Part shown: positions 36,162 to 48,609 of the stretch, in pieces | Layout: the number at the start of each line of letters is the position of its first letter | Position numbering within the stretch: position 1 is the first letter of the stretch | Assembly (NCBI GenBank): GCA_000826855.1 | Contig: JTLS01000011.1 | Location: 1 to 52,937 of the forward strand | Direction: 5' to 3' | Length of the DNA: 52,937 nucleotides | Source of the DNA: Basidioascus undulatus | Lineage: Eukaryota | Translations under genes and position numbers: made by a program | Notes under the pieces: generated by a model | What the model saw: the letters and a program-made list of their open reading frames with translations, nothing else | Database searches by the model: none | What the model was told of the DNA's origin: nothing

Positions 36162-36862
36162 TATCAAACCCTCGAAGTCTATTGAGCATATGAGGCCTGC
36201 GAAACCTTCAGAAGCCCACGTCCAAACACACGATCAAGGTGAAGCGATGCAGCGCGAAGGCAAATCAGTGAGCCGCAGCGGTGCGACATGTTGGAAGTTA
36301 TCGCTGTTAACGCATCTTCAACAAAACAACTGCCAGGAACATGTCACTGGGAGAAAAAAAAATCCTTTAAGGGACACTGGGTCCGATGAACGGTAAATGC
36401 CAAGGAAGCATTGCAGCTGGTGTTTCGAGCTCGTAGGTACTGCTGTCAAGAAGCCTTATCGGATTTGGTTGAGGATATAACTAAACCTTGAGATACCTGC
36501 TAAGTCCCTAGCTCATATGCCAAGCAAAATTCAGTCAAAGGGCGGGGTAAGCTGGCTAGCGAGGACATCGACAGGCTACAGAAACGGCAAGCCACACTCT
36601 GCGAGGGGGGCGCGCGATGTGGAAGTCTACAAGACTCGGGAGTGCATTCTTCTATGCAACTGGTTGTCTGCCATTTTAAAGTCCGTTACGCGGTCGTGTA
36701 TGAAATTCACTCTCACACTGCGATGCGAAGGCAGTCAATGAAATGCATTGCGGCGTTAAGCCGAGGAGCCCTTTCGGCACACTCCCAAGATTTGGCCGGT
36801 GTCGCGAACGCGTCTTCTCCCTTCACCAATCTCACCCTTTCCACCTTACGGCCGCGACCAGC

Positions 36863-38555
36863 ATGGCTGAAGCCACCGAGCGCAACGTCCCCATCGTTCT
36901 CCACTCTCTCTCCGCCCGCCATGCGATTCCCGAGGAGACGTACATGATCCCGGCCTCCTGGCGCCGGTTCCAGCTCTCCGAGCTCATCAACAAGGTCCTG
37001 GCGAGCGACAAGGCCGTTCCCTTCGATTTCTTCGTTGGTGAGACTGCCGGTGGCGAGCGGCTGCGGGGGAGCCTGGGCGACGTTTCTGCCACTGGAGTGC
37101 GTACCGTTAGCTTTCCAAGGCGACCGCGCTCGTAGCTTACCCTTGCTCCGTGCGCCCTCCAGGAAGAGCTTATCCACCTCACCTACCTTCCCTCCATCCT
37201 TCCCCCGACCCACCTTTCTACCTACAACCACGACGATTGGGTCTCGTCCGTTGCCATCACCCCCTCGCCTCAGCCGGCCGCCGGCAAGCACTTCCTTACT
37301 GGCTCGTACGATGGCGTCGTACGCGTCTGGAACGGCGCGAGCGAGACTGTCGCCGAGCTGCGCGGGCACGAGGGGCCTGTTTCTGGCGTCTGCTGGGTTC
37401 CGACACAGGGGCAGAAAGATGTCGAGGAGGGCGAGCAATGGGTCGCGAGCTCAAGCCATGACCGGACAGTGAGGGTGTGGAAGGTGCGCACGTCTACTGG
37501 GTACACTTCTTTCCACGGTACTCACCTATGCCGGCACAGATTCCCTCCCTCACCCCCTCTACCAATGTTCCCCCCCCTTCCACCGTCCTCACGCTCCCTC
37601 TCCACACCGCCGCTGTCTCGTCCGTCACCTCCGCCCTTCCCTCCTCTGGCTCCGGCCCCGTCATGCTTCTGTCTGCCGGCTGGGACGGCCTGGTCGGTCT
37701 GTGGGAGGCTCGCGTTCCGAGCACGCACGAGGTCCCCGAGGAGGAAGATGTCGAGGATGGCGGGCGCAAGAAGAAGCGGAGAAGGAATGCGGGAACGGAC
37801 GGCGGCAAGCGGAAGGTGCGTGTCTCGGGCTTTGCTGCCCTGGCTGCCGTGTTTACTTGATCGCTAACTGTGTTGATTGTAGGCGCCGCTGCATGTCCTT
37901 AGGGGCCACACCGGGACGGTGTCGCGCGCTGTGTTCTCGTCTCAGGACTCTTCCGTCGGGTTTAGTGCCGGACACGATCACACGGTCCGGTCATGGGACT
38001 TGGATATGGGTGTCGAGACCGCAGTGCGGGTGCGTCTCTCCACATCGCATCTCCTACTCGAGTCCGGGGATGGACTGACAGTGCGCCCTTCTGCAGCACG
38101 CTTCGACTGTCATTCGGTCCATCGACGTCCTGGCTGGTTCGAATGTCCTCGTCACCGGTCACGCAGACCGCACTGTCTGCCTGTGGGACACCCGCGAAGG
38201 TTTGTCAAACCCGCCCCCATTCACCTTCCCCCAACACCAGCTCACGGAATGTCCATTAACAACAGAGGCAACCAACATCTCCGTCCGCCTCGTCTCGCAC
38301 ACCTCGCACATCTCCACCGTCCGCGCGCACCCGACCTCCCCGCACCTCCTCTCGTCAGCCGGCCTGGATGGCACGATGCGCCTGTGGGACGCGCGCAGTC
38401 CCAAGCAGCCGCTCTTCATGGTCGTGCGCGCGCCGGGCAACGACAAGGGCCCCGAGGAGAAGAAGATCCTTGGCATGGACTGGGACGGCGAGGTGCTGGC
38501 GAGCGGGGGGGAGGACTGCGCGATGCAGCTCCACCGTGCGGAGGCGAGACAATAG
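36863..38555 (+). CDS. YTM1: Ribosome biogenesis WD40 protein Ytm1/WDR12
   Basis: NLE/UBL domain (YMIPASWRRFQLSELINKVL..VPFDFFV..LRGSL), then HDDWVSSV, FLTGSYDG, SAGWDG, LRGHTG, GHDHTVRSWD, TGHADRTVCLWD, SAGLDGTMRLWDARS and LASGGED. Stop 38553-38555. Confidence 0.93.
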
Positions 38556-39551
38556 ACGCTTTTGCCTTTGCTCTGATGCTTTCGTGCGTTGCGGTCTCGA
38601 ACTGCCTTATAGGCGGCTGACTACCTCCGTGTTCTCGGGAGACCGTTTTTGGTGCGGTGAAACCGATCGATGAGGAAAATGCATGTCGTGGTGCAAGGTA
38701 CCACCACTCTTATATCGCTTTTGAAGTAGCGCGGCTGGGATATCCAAATTGCGCATGTCCTCGGTCATCGGAAAGGGACATGCGATGCGTCTGTGCGTGG
38801 CTTGGACCAGAGCGGCTTCACCGATAGCCAGTAATGCAATGGCCCTCAGAGTACTCAACAATCAAGTTCCCATTGCACCTCTTTCAACCCCGACCCTGTC
38901 TTCAACTCGCTCCCGACCGTCGCGCTCGTTCTCTTCACTGTCATTGTGCGCCCGACCCACTCCCCTTCCCGCTCCCAATCCCGCTTGTCTCCGCCCCGAT
39001 TCCACTCGCAGAGGGGTGGCCAGAGACTGCCCTTGGCGCAACGAGTTCCTCTACGGCATCGAGTGCCCGGCTGGAGAGGTAGACGAGGATGCGGCCGATG
39101 CGGACGTAGAACAGTATCACGGTTGCGAACGCTGTTCCTAGTCGGGTCATGGTGGTGGTAGGCGTAGAGATTTTTTGCAAAGCAGGACGGATTCGAATCA
39201 GCGAGCAAGAACGGCCCGGAAGTTGTGCTGCTTGATTCACTTGCGCTCGGCGGACGTCATGGCGGAAGAGAATTGAGGACTAACGGAAGGAGGCTCGGGA
39301 AAAAGTGCTCCGGCCGGTCTAAGGACGGCGTAGCAAGGTACAAGAAGAGCTCAGAGTGGCAGTCCGCAGCCTCACGTCAATCAGGCTCCGTCAGACAACG
39401 CGCTGTTCCCTCTCGCATGTGGTATAATCTCGATAGGTAACTCTACAACACGGCACCAACAGAAGCACAAAGAAAGTGAAGCACAAAGAAAGAAACAAGC
39501 ACACAAATTGTACCAACCCCAACCGAACGTTCTCCCGTCCTCTCCATCCCA

Positions 39552-42500
39552 TCAGCGGGACGTCTTCCGGATCGTCCGGCGCTCGCCCGAGCCGGTGATC
39601 TTGACGAGGCCGTCGGTCTCGAGCGAGCGCACGACCTCGCCGAACTCGGTAGGGTCGACGTTGACGGACGACTGGTCGTTGAGCGCCTTCGACACCTGGT
39701 CCCAGCGCATCGTCCGCCCCGAGTCGAGGATCGCGAGGATCTCCTTCTTGAGATCGCTCCGCTGGCGGCGGCCATGCAGGCCCTGGCCGGTGGCTGTTCC
39801 CGCCGGACACAAAGCGTCAGCAAAGTTTCGGTCTCGACGTATGAATGGCAGGGCGGAAGAGCAGCAAACGCACTGAGCAAGTCCATGTCGATGAGGCCGG
39901 ACGACGGGTCCGTGGCGCTCTCCTTGAGAGCCTCGCGGATGAGGCGCACCGCCTCCTGGACGTCCTGGAGCTCGACGCGGTCCGAGAAGCGCATGCGCGC
40001 GTGCGCCTCGGAGAGACGGATCATGCTCTCGAGCTGGCGCGTCGTCGCCGTGATGCGGCGCTCGGACGAGCGCGGGTCCTCACCGAGCTGGCGCAGCGCG
40101 ACGTACTGCTTCACGAGCTCGTCCGCCGCGTTCGCGGACAGGACCGGGTTGATCTTGTTGCGCGCGTAGGTGATGTAGGCCGTGAGGGTCTCGAGAGACT
40201 GCGAACCCCCATCAGCATCGCGTTCGGCTCGAGAAAGAATGAAGGGGGAGGAAGGGAACGAACCAGGATGTCCGTTCCCGCAGTTTCCATCGCGTCCTCG
40301 AGGTACATGCCGATGAGGTGCTTCGCGAGCCGGCGGTCGTTGGACTCGTTGATCTGGTCAAGGACGAGGTAGAGAAGGTCGAAGCGGGAGATGAGCGTGG
40401 GTGGGAGGTCGATGTTGCGCGTGATCGGCCACTGGAGGTTGTACTTGGACCCGACCGGGTTCGCCGCGGCGAGGATCGACGTGCGCGCGTTCAGCGTAGT
40501 GATGATCCCCGCCTTGGCGATCGACACCGTTTGCTGCTCCTGCACGAGAGGCGACGTGGTATGAGCAAGATGACCGGCGGGGAAGTGAGAGTGGGGAACG
40601 AACCATCACTTCGTGCAGTACCGACCGCGTTGCGTCGGACATCTTGTCGAACTCGTCGATGCAGCATACACCGCCGTCGGAAAGGACGAGTGCACCGCTG
40701 CGGAATCAACCCTCCTTAGTCAGTATCTTGTCTGCGCCAGGCAGCCTACTCAAACGGTCGACGAACCTCTCAAGAACGAGCTGCTTCGAGTCCGGGTCGC
40801 GCGTCACGTAGGCCGTGAGACCGACGGCGGACGAACCCTTGCCGGACGTGTACACGCCGCGGGGGGCGATCTTGTGGACGTACTACCTCGGCCCACCCTC
40901 TCAGTCAGCCAAAGCTCTTGTGCCGGGAGTTAATGGATGCGGGAACTGTGAGGCACCTGAAGGATCTGGGACTTGGAAGTACCGGGGTCGCCGACGAGAA
41001 GGACGTTGATGTCCCCACGGTACCTCGGCCCACCTCCTCCGCCACCACGCGCGATGCTCTTGTTCGTCCCGCCAAACAGCTGCAACAAGATCCCCTTCTT
41101 GACATCGTCCATCTCCCAGATACTCGGCGCGAGACTCCGCGCCAGGAGCTCATACGCGTCCTCGCGCGCCGCGACCTCCTTCAGCTTCTCCTCGAGCTCA
41201 GCTGCGATCGTGCTGCGCCCTGCGGCGGAGTCCTCGCGGGCGGCAGCCTCGGCCTCCTCCTCCTCCTCGCCCCCGACACCGACGGCGACAGGGACCTTGC
41301 CTTCCGCGCCCTCGCGCGTGGTCGGGTCGAACCCCATCCGGTGAGCGTCCGACCGCTTCACGTGCACCACGTCCAGGTACGTCTTGTAGAGCGACTTGAC
41401 GGCCCGCTGGCGCGGGTTCACGCGCACGGGGAGCGAGCGGAAGATCCCCATTACGGTCACCCGGTCGCCTGGCTTGGAGAGGTCGACGAGCTCGTCGTAC
41501 ACGCACAGAGAGACCGTGTGCGGCGTCTGCCCGTCTGGGACCGCATCTGGATACTCCCCAACCCAAACGTAAGATAAGCGAACGCTGGAGGGAGAAGAGG
41601 GAGCGATCAACGCACCGGGCGTCTCCTGCAGGCGCACGACCTGCTTGTCGGCGAACTCGGAGCGGTTGTGGATGAGGCTCATCGTGCCCTGGAGGTTGCA
41701 CACCGCGCGCGGGCAGCGGTCGGGCTCGGCGATCCGCCCGCGGTCGATCTCGACCTGGTGCGTGTGCCCGCAAACGAGGCAGCGGAAGAAGGCTGGGCGG
41801 ATCGAAGCGACAGTCAGAGTCTGCAGTTGCGGGTGATGTGGGGGAGCATGAGGATGGCGGGGGCGCACCGTTCTTCATGTCCGGGATGACGGACGTCGCG
41901 CGGATGACGAGACCCTTGACGGCCACGAGCTTGTCGGTGTCTTCAAAACGCGCGCTAGTCAGTCGCCTGCCACGCGGACCTCGTGAGCAGCTTCCAGGAA
42001 GATCGCACGCACCCTGCGGGTTGAGATCGCGCATGTTGATGGCGTTCAATCCGAACGGGCGGACCTTGTACACGCGTCCGCCCATCTCGCCGAGCTCGTC
42101 GTCCCACGCCTCGGCGCCGAGGCCGTCGACGTCCGCCTCGGCGTCCTCCTCGCTGAGCTCGATGAGCGTGTCCTTGAGCGCCTGGTCCATGATCGGGATG
42201 ATCTCCTGTGGGTACTTCTGCACTTGCGAGTACAGCTTCCTGGACGGCGGGTACGCGTCCAGGTCGCGCAGGTCCAGGTTCAGGTTGGTCTGCGCGAGAA
42301 CGCGTAGGGCGTCAGAAGATGGGAATGAGGGTGTAGGGTGGATGGAGGGACGGAGGCGCACCTGCGACGTGAGCCGCATTTTGCGGAGGAGAGCCTCGTA
42401 CTTGCTCTGCTCGGCCGTGCTCGGGTCCGCGAGCGCAGGGACGCTGATCCCGCGCTTGCGGTCGTAGTCGCGCCTGTACTTGGGCTTGAATCCGCGCAAG

Positions 42501-43343
42501 AACTCGCGGAACCTAGGTCACACCATGCCTCGTGTCAGGCTCCTTCTGGCGAAGCGGACGAAAGGGAAGAGGGAAAGGGCAGAGGGAAAGGGCACTGGTA
42601 CTCACGCGCTAAGGGACTCGTTGATGCCGACGTTCGTGCCCCAAATGACCTTGACCATACCGTCCTCGCCGATCGCGTCCGACGGCGGCTGCTGCGCCGA
42701 GAGCGTCGGGTCGCTCGCGAGCCGCGTCACATCAGACATGGGCGCGCCGCCGCCATCGCGCCGCCGCGTGCGCTGAGCCGAAGGCGACGTTGGCGGCTGC
42801 GACGAGTGGATGTCGCCGCGCCTGTTGCGCGGACGCGGGGTCCCGTCGGAACCACTACAAGCGAGGTTGCGGGAGGCGTCAGCTTGGCGTGGGGGCTGAG
42901 AGGGGGAATGGGAAGACGCGTACGGAGAGAAGAAGAGGGGCTCGTCGGACTGCTGCCCGGCCGCAGCGGACGCCTCACTAAAGAGGCGCCTTGCGGAAGA
43001 GCCAGGCGCGCCTCGGCGCGGGGAGGAAGTCGGGTATTGCAAAGGGGAAGAGACCTCTGGTGTGCCGTTCCCCAACACCTGATGAGCCCGACGCGCCTGC
43101 AAATACGATATAAGTCGCAGACGTACCGCTGTTGCGCAACTGGGTAGCTCTCGGCGTCCGTTCGCCTCTGGAGACAGGCGTGTCGGTCGGGAAGCGGAGC
43201 GGGGAGGACGAGCGGACGTTGTTGGCGGGTATCGCGGCGTTGAGTGGCCCGCCCGATGAAGGGAAGTTGAGAGGCGAGGATGAGCGGACGGCGGGATTGG
43301 CAACCGTGCCGTCTGACATCTCGGCGTCTTGATTGTGCGACAT
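39552..43343 (-). CDS. MCM4: DNA replication licensing factor Mcm4
   Basis: Ser/Pro-rich N-tail (SSPL repeats), VIWGTNV, NMRDLNP, Zn finger [106 protein letters not shown] and [17 protein letters not shown]. Confidence 0.97.
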
Positions 43344-43473
43344 CACGGGAGAGTGGAGCTATGAGGAAGCGGAGGGTATGTAGTAGGGAGGGGAGAAGGA
43401 CGAGGGGGGGAAGGGAGAAGCGAGGCGGCGAGGCGAGGCGCCCTTGTCTCAGAAGATTAATGAAGGCGCGCCG

Positions 43474-43507
43474 ACGCGTTCACACACTTTCACACACTTT
43501 CACGCGA
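43474..43507. promoter_or_regulatory. MCB-like elements (ACGCGT 43474-43479; ACGCGA 43502-43507) separated by a TTCACACACT tandem, in the MCM4 divergent promoter
   Basis: Motifs read directly, about 130-165 nt upstream of the MCM4 ATG. ACGCGT is the MBF-bound MluI cell-cycle box of replication genes in ascomycete yeasts. Function here is inferred. Confidence 0.55.
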
Positions 43508-43716
43508 CGCATCTCACTATCCGGCGCAGGAGTGGTGCTGGAAGAAACCTATGGGGTTTGGTCTACTCTCTCACATATAAACTTGTGAAGATTCAGAGCT
43601 ATATCCAGTTCAAAAAGACAGGAGAAAAAAGGGGCAAAGAGCAAAGCATAAGAAAGCCCCACTCGGGGGTCGAACTTCTTTCTCAACAACCTCTGTCACA
43701 CTCCTTACATTCCAAC

Positions 43717-44254
43717 ATGCCCGACGTGATCGACATCTCCGACTCCTCCGACTTGGACTCGCTCCCGCCCGCCTCAACCGCCGCACACAACGCAGCGCAC
43801 GCCGCCTCCTCCTCCCAACCCACCAAGCGCAACTCCACATCCTCGACCGTTTCCTCCAAGAGCAAGGGCAAAGGCAAGGGACAGGGGAAGGACGAGCAGC
43901 GGGAAGAAAAGTATCCCCTTATAGACCGGTATTTGAAGACGATGGAGTATGGGGATGAGATTCCGATCAAGGGAGGCACGTGCGAGATCTTCAATCAGGG
44001 TGGGACGATTTACAAGATGCGTTAGAAGATGAGAGGGAGGATGTGTGGGAGCGGGGCTGACAGGAACAGGGATGCAGTCCCAAAGGAATCGATCGCTATG
44101 GGCGATGCTGGATAAGGTGGAGGTGAGCCAAAAAGGGGAGGGGGAAGGTGTGGGTGATTGGTTTCGGGAAAAGGTGCTAAAATGCTGCGAATAGGGCGAG
44201 CAGGAGTGGATGCGGAAGTACTTCGACGATACGTTCTGGGACGAAATCCCGTAA
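43717..44254 (+). CDS. Small (about 131 aa) orphan protein, 3 exons, divergent from MCM4
   Basis: ATG in CCAACATG context after a CT-rich leader. Predicted introns 44000-44069 (donor choice uncertain) and 44123-44194 give MPDVIDISDSSD...YPLIDRYLKTMEYGDEIPIK...MQSQRNRSLWAMLDKVE|GEQEWMRKYFDDTFWDEIP*. Confidence 0.65.
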
Positions 44255-44526
44255 CGATATGAACATCAATCAAACAGTCATTTACGTATCACCGTGTATG
44301 CCTTTTAAACGACAGGAAGCCTGTCCATGGAATGGTGATGTGGTCTTGCAGTGTGCAGATTCCTCTCCTGCGGCTTGTGAATGAACGCTACGCACTGCAC
44401 AGGTATCAGAGGCATACGTCGCGACATTGTAATCAGTATACCAGCCTATCTAGCAAGCCCTTGGGCGACCAGAAATATATTGATAAATTATCAGAGGGTC
44501 CCATCTCATCAGGAGCGCCACGTCCT

Positions 44527-44582
44527 TGCGGTGATGTCCGAACTGCGATGATGTCCGAACTGCGGTGATGTCCGAACTGCGG
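44527..44582. repeat. 17-bp minisatellite (TGCGRTGATGTCCGAAC) x3.3
   Basis: Units 44527-44543, 44544-44560 (one G>A) and 44561-44577, plus a partial TGCGG. Confidence 0.92.
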
Positions 44583-45690
44583 CGCCTCTGACCTGACATG
44601 TGGAAAATACTAAGCTGCACCGCTTTGGTGGTTCGTTCGCTCTGGAAAAATGCTAGATACCATAGGCTGCTCATTCCTGGATGATCAAGGTCGCATCGAT
44701 GACAGTCAAGCCAAGCTAAGCGCCTCGTGGGGCTCGACGTATCGCCTGTCTCTTTCGATCTGGCGCACTACGTAAATGTGTCTGCGTGTGCTTTGTGTGA
44801 GTGGGTGTGGCAGTGCTGCTCTGAATCCCTCAATATGCAGGTCATCTGAATTTTTAATGCGGCCATCTGAAAAGCTGTATTCCAGCAGTTTCTCGCAGTC
44901 CCTATCCCGCTAGCCTGCGCTGCGCAAGCGACTGATCATCCTCGGCTTAGAAGACCATCCGTCCAGGAGCTACGACCAGAAGTAGGGGAGATGGTGTTCT
45001 TCGTCGTGGTGAGTGATTGCTGCCTACGATTTAGGCAAGGCAAGATGGTTGTCAGACTGCCAGCCAAGTACAAGTGCCCCGTTGTTGGCGTCGTTGATAG
45101 GACGCTGTGGGAGCTGGCCTTTCTTCCAGATTTCCGCATTACGCTTGCCGCCCGCAGGTCAGACAGTAGTGTGATCCCGTTCACGGCTGGCTCTCATTAG
45201 GGGGTTGATCAACTGGTCACGTCCCCAATGTGCTGATGATTCTTTTCAGTCTTCCTTATTCTTTTATGCCTTGCACGCTTAACGGTTAGTGGGGTCTCTT
45301 TACTCGTGCCACTGACCGACCCGTGGCTGTGGGCACTTTGACAAGTCTGCTTTGCAGGGCAGCCAAGGTAAAGCTTGGGCGTTCGTGGGAGCAGCTGCCG
45401 TCTAATGAATTCAGAAGGATTTAGTCCAATGGGACGCTGACGAGGCTCTCGGTGCGATCTGTCAGTTTGAGATGCCATTCGATTCCAAGGAGGGTACAAA
45501 GGGACTGTGCGTTATGGAGAGGTCTCCCATACGACATTTGCGAGCATGCAAGCAAGTGGCTCCGCCGTCACCAACCGTCACGCGTGCCGCCGTCCTTTAT
45601 TTCCGCACCGCCATCATAACCCACTCGCCACCACGCTCCCTTCGCCACCACAGGCTCGCTGGTCCGATCGAACTCACTATACCCTCCAAC

Positions 45691-46548
45691 ATGACACAAC
45701 TCTTCGAAATGGTCCTCCCGCGTCTTTCCCCCGAGATCCACGCGCTCATCATCGCCGAGGTCGGCGCTCTCTCGCATCCGCTCGCCTACTCCAGAGACTC
45801 TAAAACCCTCGCGTCGCTCTGCCTCGTATCGCGCCACCTCAATTCGGTGGCAACCCCACTGCTATATGGGCCGATCAATCTCTGGAGATGGGCCCAGGCA
45901 GAGAAGCTCGCCAACACTGCTCAGTCGTACCCCAGCTTCTCGCTCTCACCCACTCGTTCTCCTCAACCTAAGGATACGCTGATATTCTTCTGCCGCGGAT
46001 GCGCAATTTGCGGCGCCTCTACATGTACTATCAGCGGCCGCTCAAGCACCGCCCTTCCCTTCTTCTGGAAGAGTGCAGCTTCCCGACCAGCAATCTTCCC
46101 GGGATAACTGAATATGTGTCGCACATGGTCAAACGCCTTGTGTTGGTGGACATCAACTTTCATCTTCCGCTCGCGCTGGAAGCGCTCCTGGGGATGCCAC
46201 GCCTTACTCATGTGGCTCTGATCCAAGTCAACACCTACCGCGAGGAACCATATTTCCATGGCATCGCGCAGTTCCTGGCTCGGGCGCCTGCGCTGGACAA
46301 GCTCATTTTTGGGATAGAAGTTGACTACGCTGGGCCAGAGGACGACATGGAGCAATTCTGGGCCATAGTAACAGAGGCGGTGCCTAGTGCGTTCCAAGAC
46401 AAGGTGGTTTGTCGTGGAATCTGACCGGTATGAATGTTTCCCTGATGGCATCGTTGATGGGACGCTGTGGGAGGCCGAGGAGTGGGTGAAATATGGGGGG
46501 TGTTCGACTCTGAGTGGGATTGTGGCTGTTGGAGCAGTTGAGAGCTAG
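45691..46548 (+). pseudogene. F-box-like/LRR-like accessory gene with frameshifts and a stop
   Basis: LPRLSPEIHALII...TLASLCLVSRHLNSVATPLLYGPI. A frame change near TACCCCAG (~45930) gives QLLALTHSFSST*(TAA 45969)GYADILLPRMRNLRRL..MPRLTHVAL. A further shift near 46410 gives ..DGTLWEAEEW..*. Confidence 0.6.
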
Positions 46549-47550
46549 AGGCACAGCGAGCATGATTTTGATGAACCATCGCAAAACCTCTGAATCGTCA
46601 GCATTGTGTCAACCCCTTAGCTTACATCTGCCTTCAGTCGAAGCTGCTCCCGCAAATGCCTGACATTTTAACCTGCAAGAACAGCAGCCTTCCTCGCCGC
46701 CATGTCTGCACGTAGTCAGCGTACCCCGCCCCGGCCGCCCGGGCATGCCTGCAGCAGCTGCAACAGGCCAGACGGAATGTGACGGCATTTGCTTACGGCC
46801 GTTACATACACTATGAGAAGGTAAATTAGTATCCAACTGACACTATCTGTTGCAGCGCATGGAAGATTTTTCTCACTATGTTCATGCAAGTAGTACACGC
46901 AGTTCAGTATATATTGCTTTTCAAAGCAGAACTATGCTTCTCTTGCTTCTCCAGGGATCAATCCTCCTTCATGCAGAGCTAGCTACTCTTTTCAATGGCT
47001 GCGCGTCGCTTTCGCCAATTCCAGCCTTTACCCTGTCTGGCCGACCCGAAGGAACGCTCAGGTTGTAGATACTGAATCTGAAGCATCAAAGAGTATTGTG
47101 CAGGGCTCTGCCTTCTGATTCACATTCACACCCGCAGTGTCACGGAGCAATGCGTGCCAAACAGTGCACCCTCTCACCTCCTGCACACCGGTGATATACA
47201 ACCAGAGCCGACTCTCCCTGATCAACCGACAGCCTATAGGCATCCTGTTTGGTTCTGGGACGTGTTAGTGAAGTTCGATCATCAAGAGGCAGAGCGCAGA
47301 ATTGGGCTAAACCTAGGGCTGTTCAATTGCCAACGTATTCGAGGCAGCTGGGGCACGGATAGTTTCAATTGTACTGAAGATCACCGAAGGCAGCGCCCCA
47401 GCGGAGCATTGACGGCGCAGCAACAACGGTGCAATGTTGACGCATAAAAGTGGGCGGAGCCCGTTTAATCCTCGCCAAATTCTCTTCTCGCGAAGCCTGT
47501 CCTCCCCCCACGATCATTCCTACAGCACCGTCCTCACCACCCACCCGATC

Positions 47551-48609
47551 ATGCCCATTCATGAGCAGCGCGCCCTGACTGTGGCACCCATTCAACTACC
47601 CCCCGAGCTCCTGCACCGCATCTTCGAGCTCGCTGCCGAGCCCCCTTACCCGCACGCCTACACCTGCGACTAGGCCTTCCTAGCTTCGCTCTGCCTTGTC
47701 TCTGGGTCGCTACTGTCGATCTCTCGCAGGCTGCTCTATGAGTCCGCTGTAATCTGCAGCAAAAGGCGGCTGGCGGCATTCCTACAAGGGTTGCAAAGCA
47801 AGCTGCGCTTCCTTCGGCCGTCGCTCGCTTGCATTTCCGCGCTTTGAAGACGATCACAATACGGAGTGCCTGTGCAAGTTGGCTGCTGTCCTTTCGCTCG
47901 TTGCCGGGGGTTTGAAACATCTTGCCGTGGACCGTTGGGACGTATCTAATGAGGATCCGGCTCCTCCTCCGTCTACGCCCGATATCCTTAGCAAAATGAC
48001 ACTTCTCGAAGAGCTCGTCTGTCTTGGTGCCTGCGTCCCTCGACACCAACGCTTTACCACATCTTCAGCGCTTTTCGAAATTTTGGCCTCTCAAATTCAC
48101 ACGAAGTTGTGCCTCCACCAATCCTCACACATCTTCTCACAAGCGACGTTCATCCGCTGTTCGGTCAATTACTGATCGACAAGGAGGACGAATATCTCGT
48201 TCACAATGGGACTTTTATCAAAACCTGTTACAGCCTAGAAGGATGCATCTTCCTCGCAGGTAGCTTGCACTTCTACATCGCCGGCATCGAGATTATGCGG
48301 ACTCGCACCCGCGCTTGGTGGACTACGGGCTGCACTGGCGGGGTGGTCTTTATTACTGAGAGCTCGGTTGAAGAGCGCATGATGGACCTGGCTGTCGATA
48401 GAACCATTTGGGAGCAGCGTGAAACGTCCTTGAGGATACAAAGTGGGGAAGGGTGCAATGGACGGGAGAAGTCTTGGCCGATGCGAAGCCGCAGAGTGGA
48501 TGGACAGGTTGGAACGCCTCGATGCAGTTGGCTGGTGATGCTATGTGTGGCTGGTCTGGGCCGGTCTGGGCCGGCTGGTCTCGTCCTATCCGTGGACGCT
48601 CTGCTCTAG
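47551..48609 (+). pseudogene. Second F-box-like accessory pseudogene
   Basis: QLPPELLHRIFELA..CD*(TAG 47671-47673)AFLASLCLVSGSLLSISRRLLYESAVI shares the LASLCLVS motif with the 45691 gene. Further frame changes follow downstream. The 3' limit is approximate. Confidence 0.6.

Noticed and set aside
44527..44582. Short direct repeats as a possible CRISPR array
   Set aside because: The units are head-to-tail with no spacers, the context is eukaryotic and there are no cas genes.
47671..47673. In-frame TAG as a possible readthrough or A-to-I-corrected stop; also the TGA at 19945 as possible selenocysteine
   Set aside because: Both genes carry further damage (frameshifts or truncation), so ordinary pseudogenisation is the simpler explanation.
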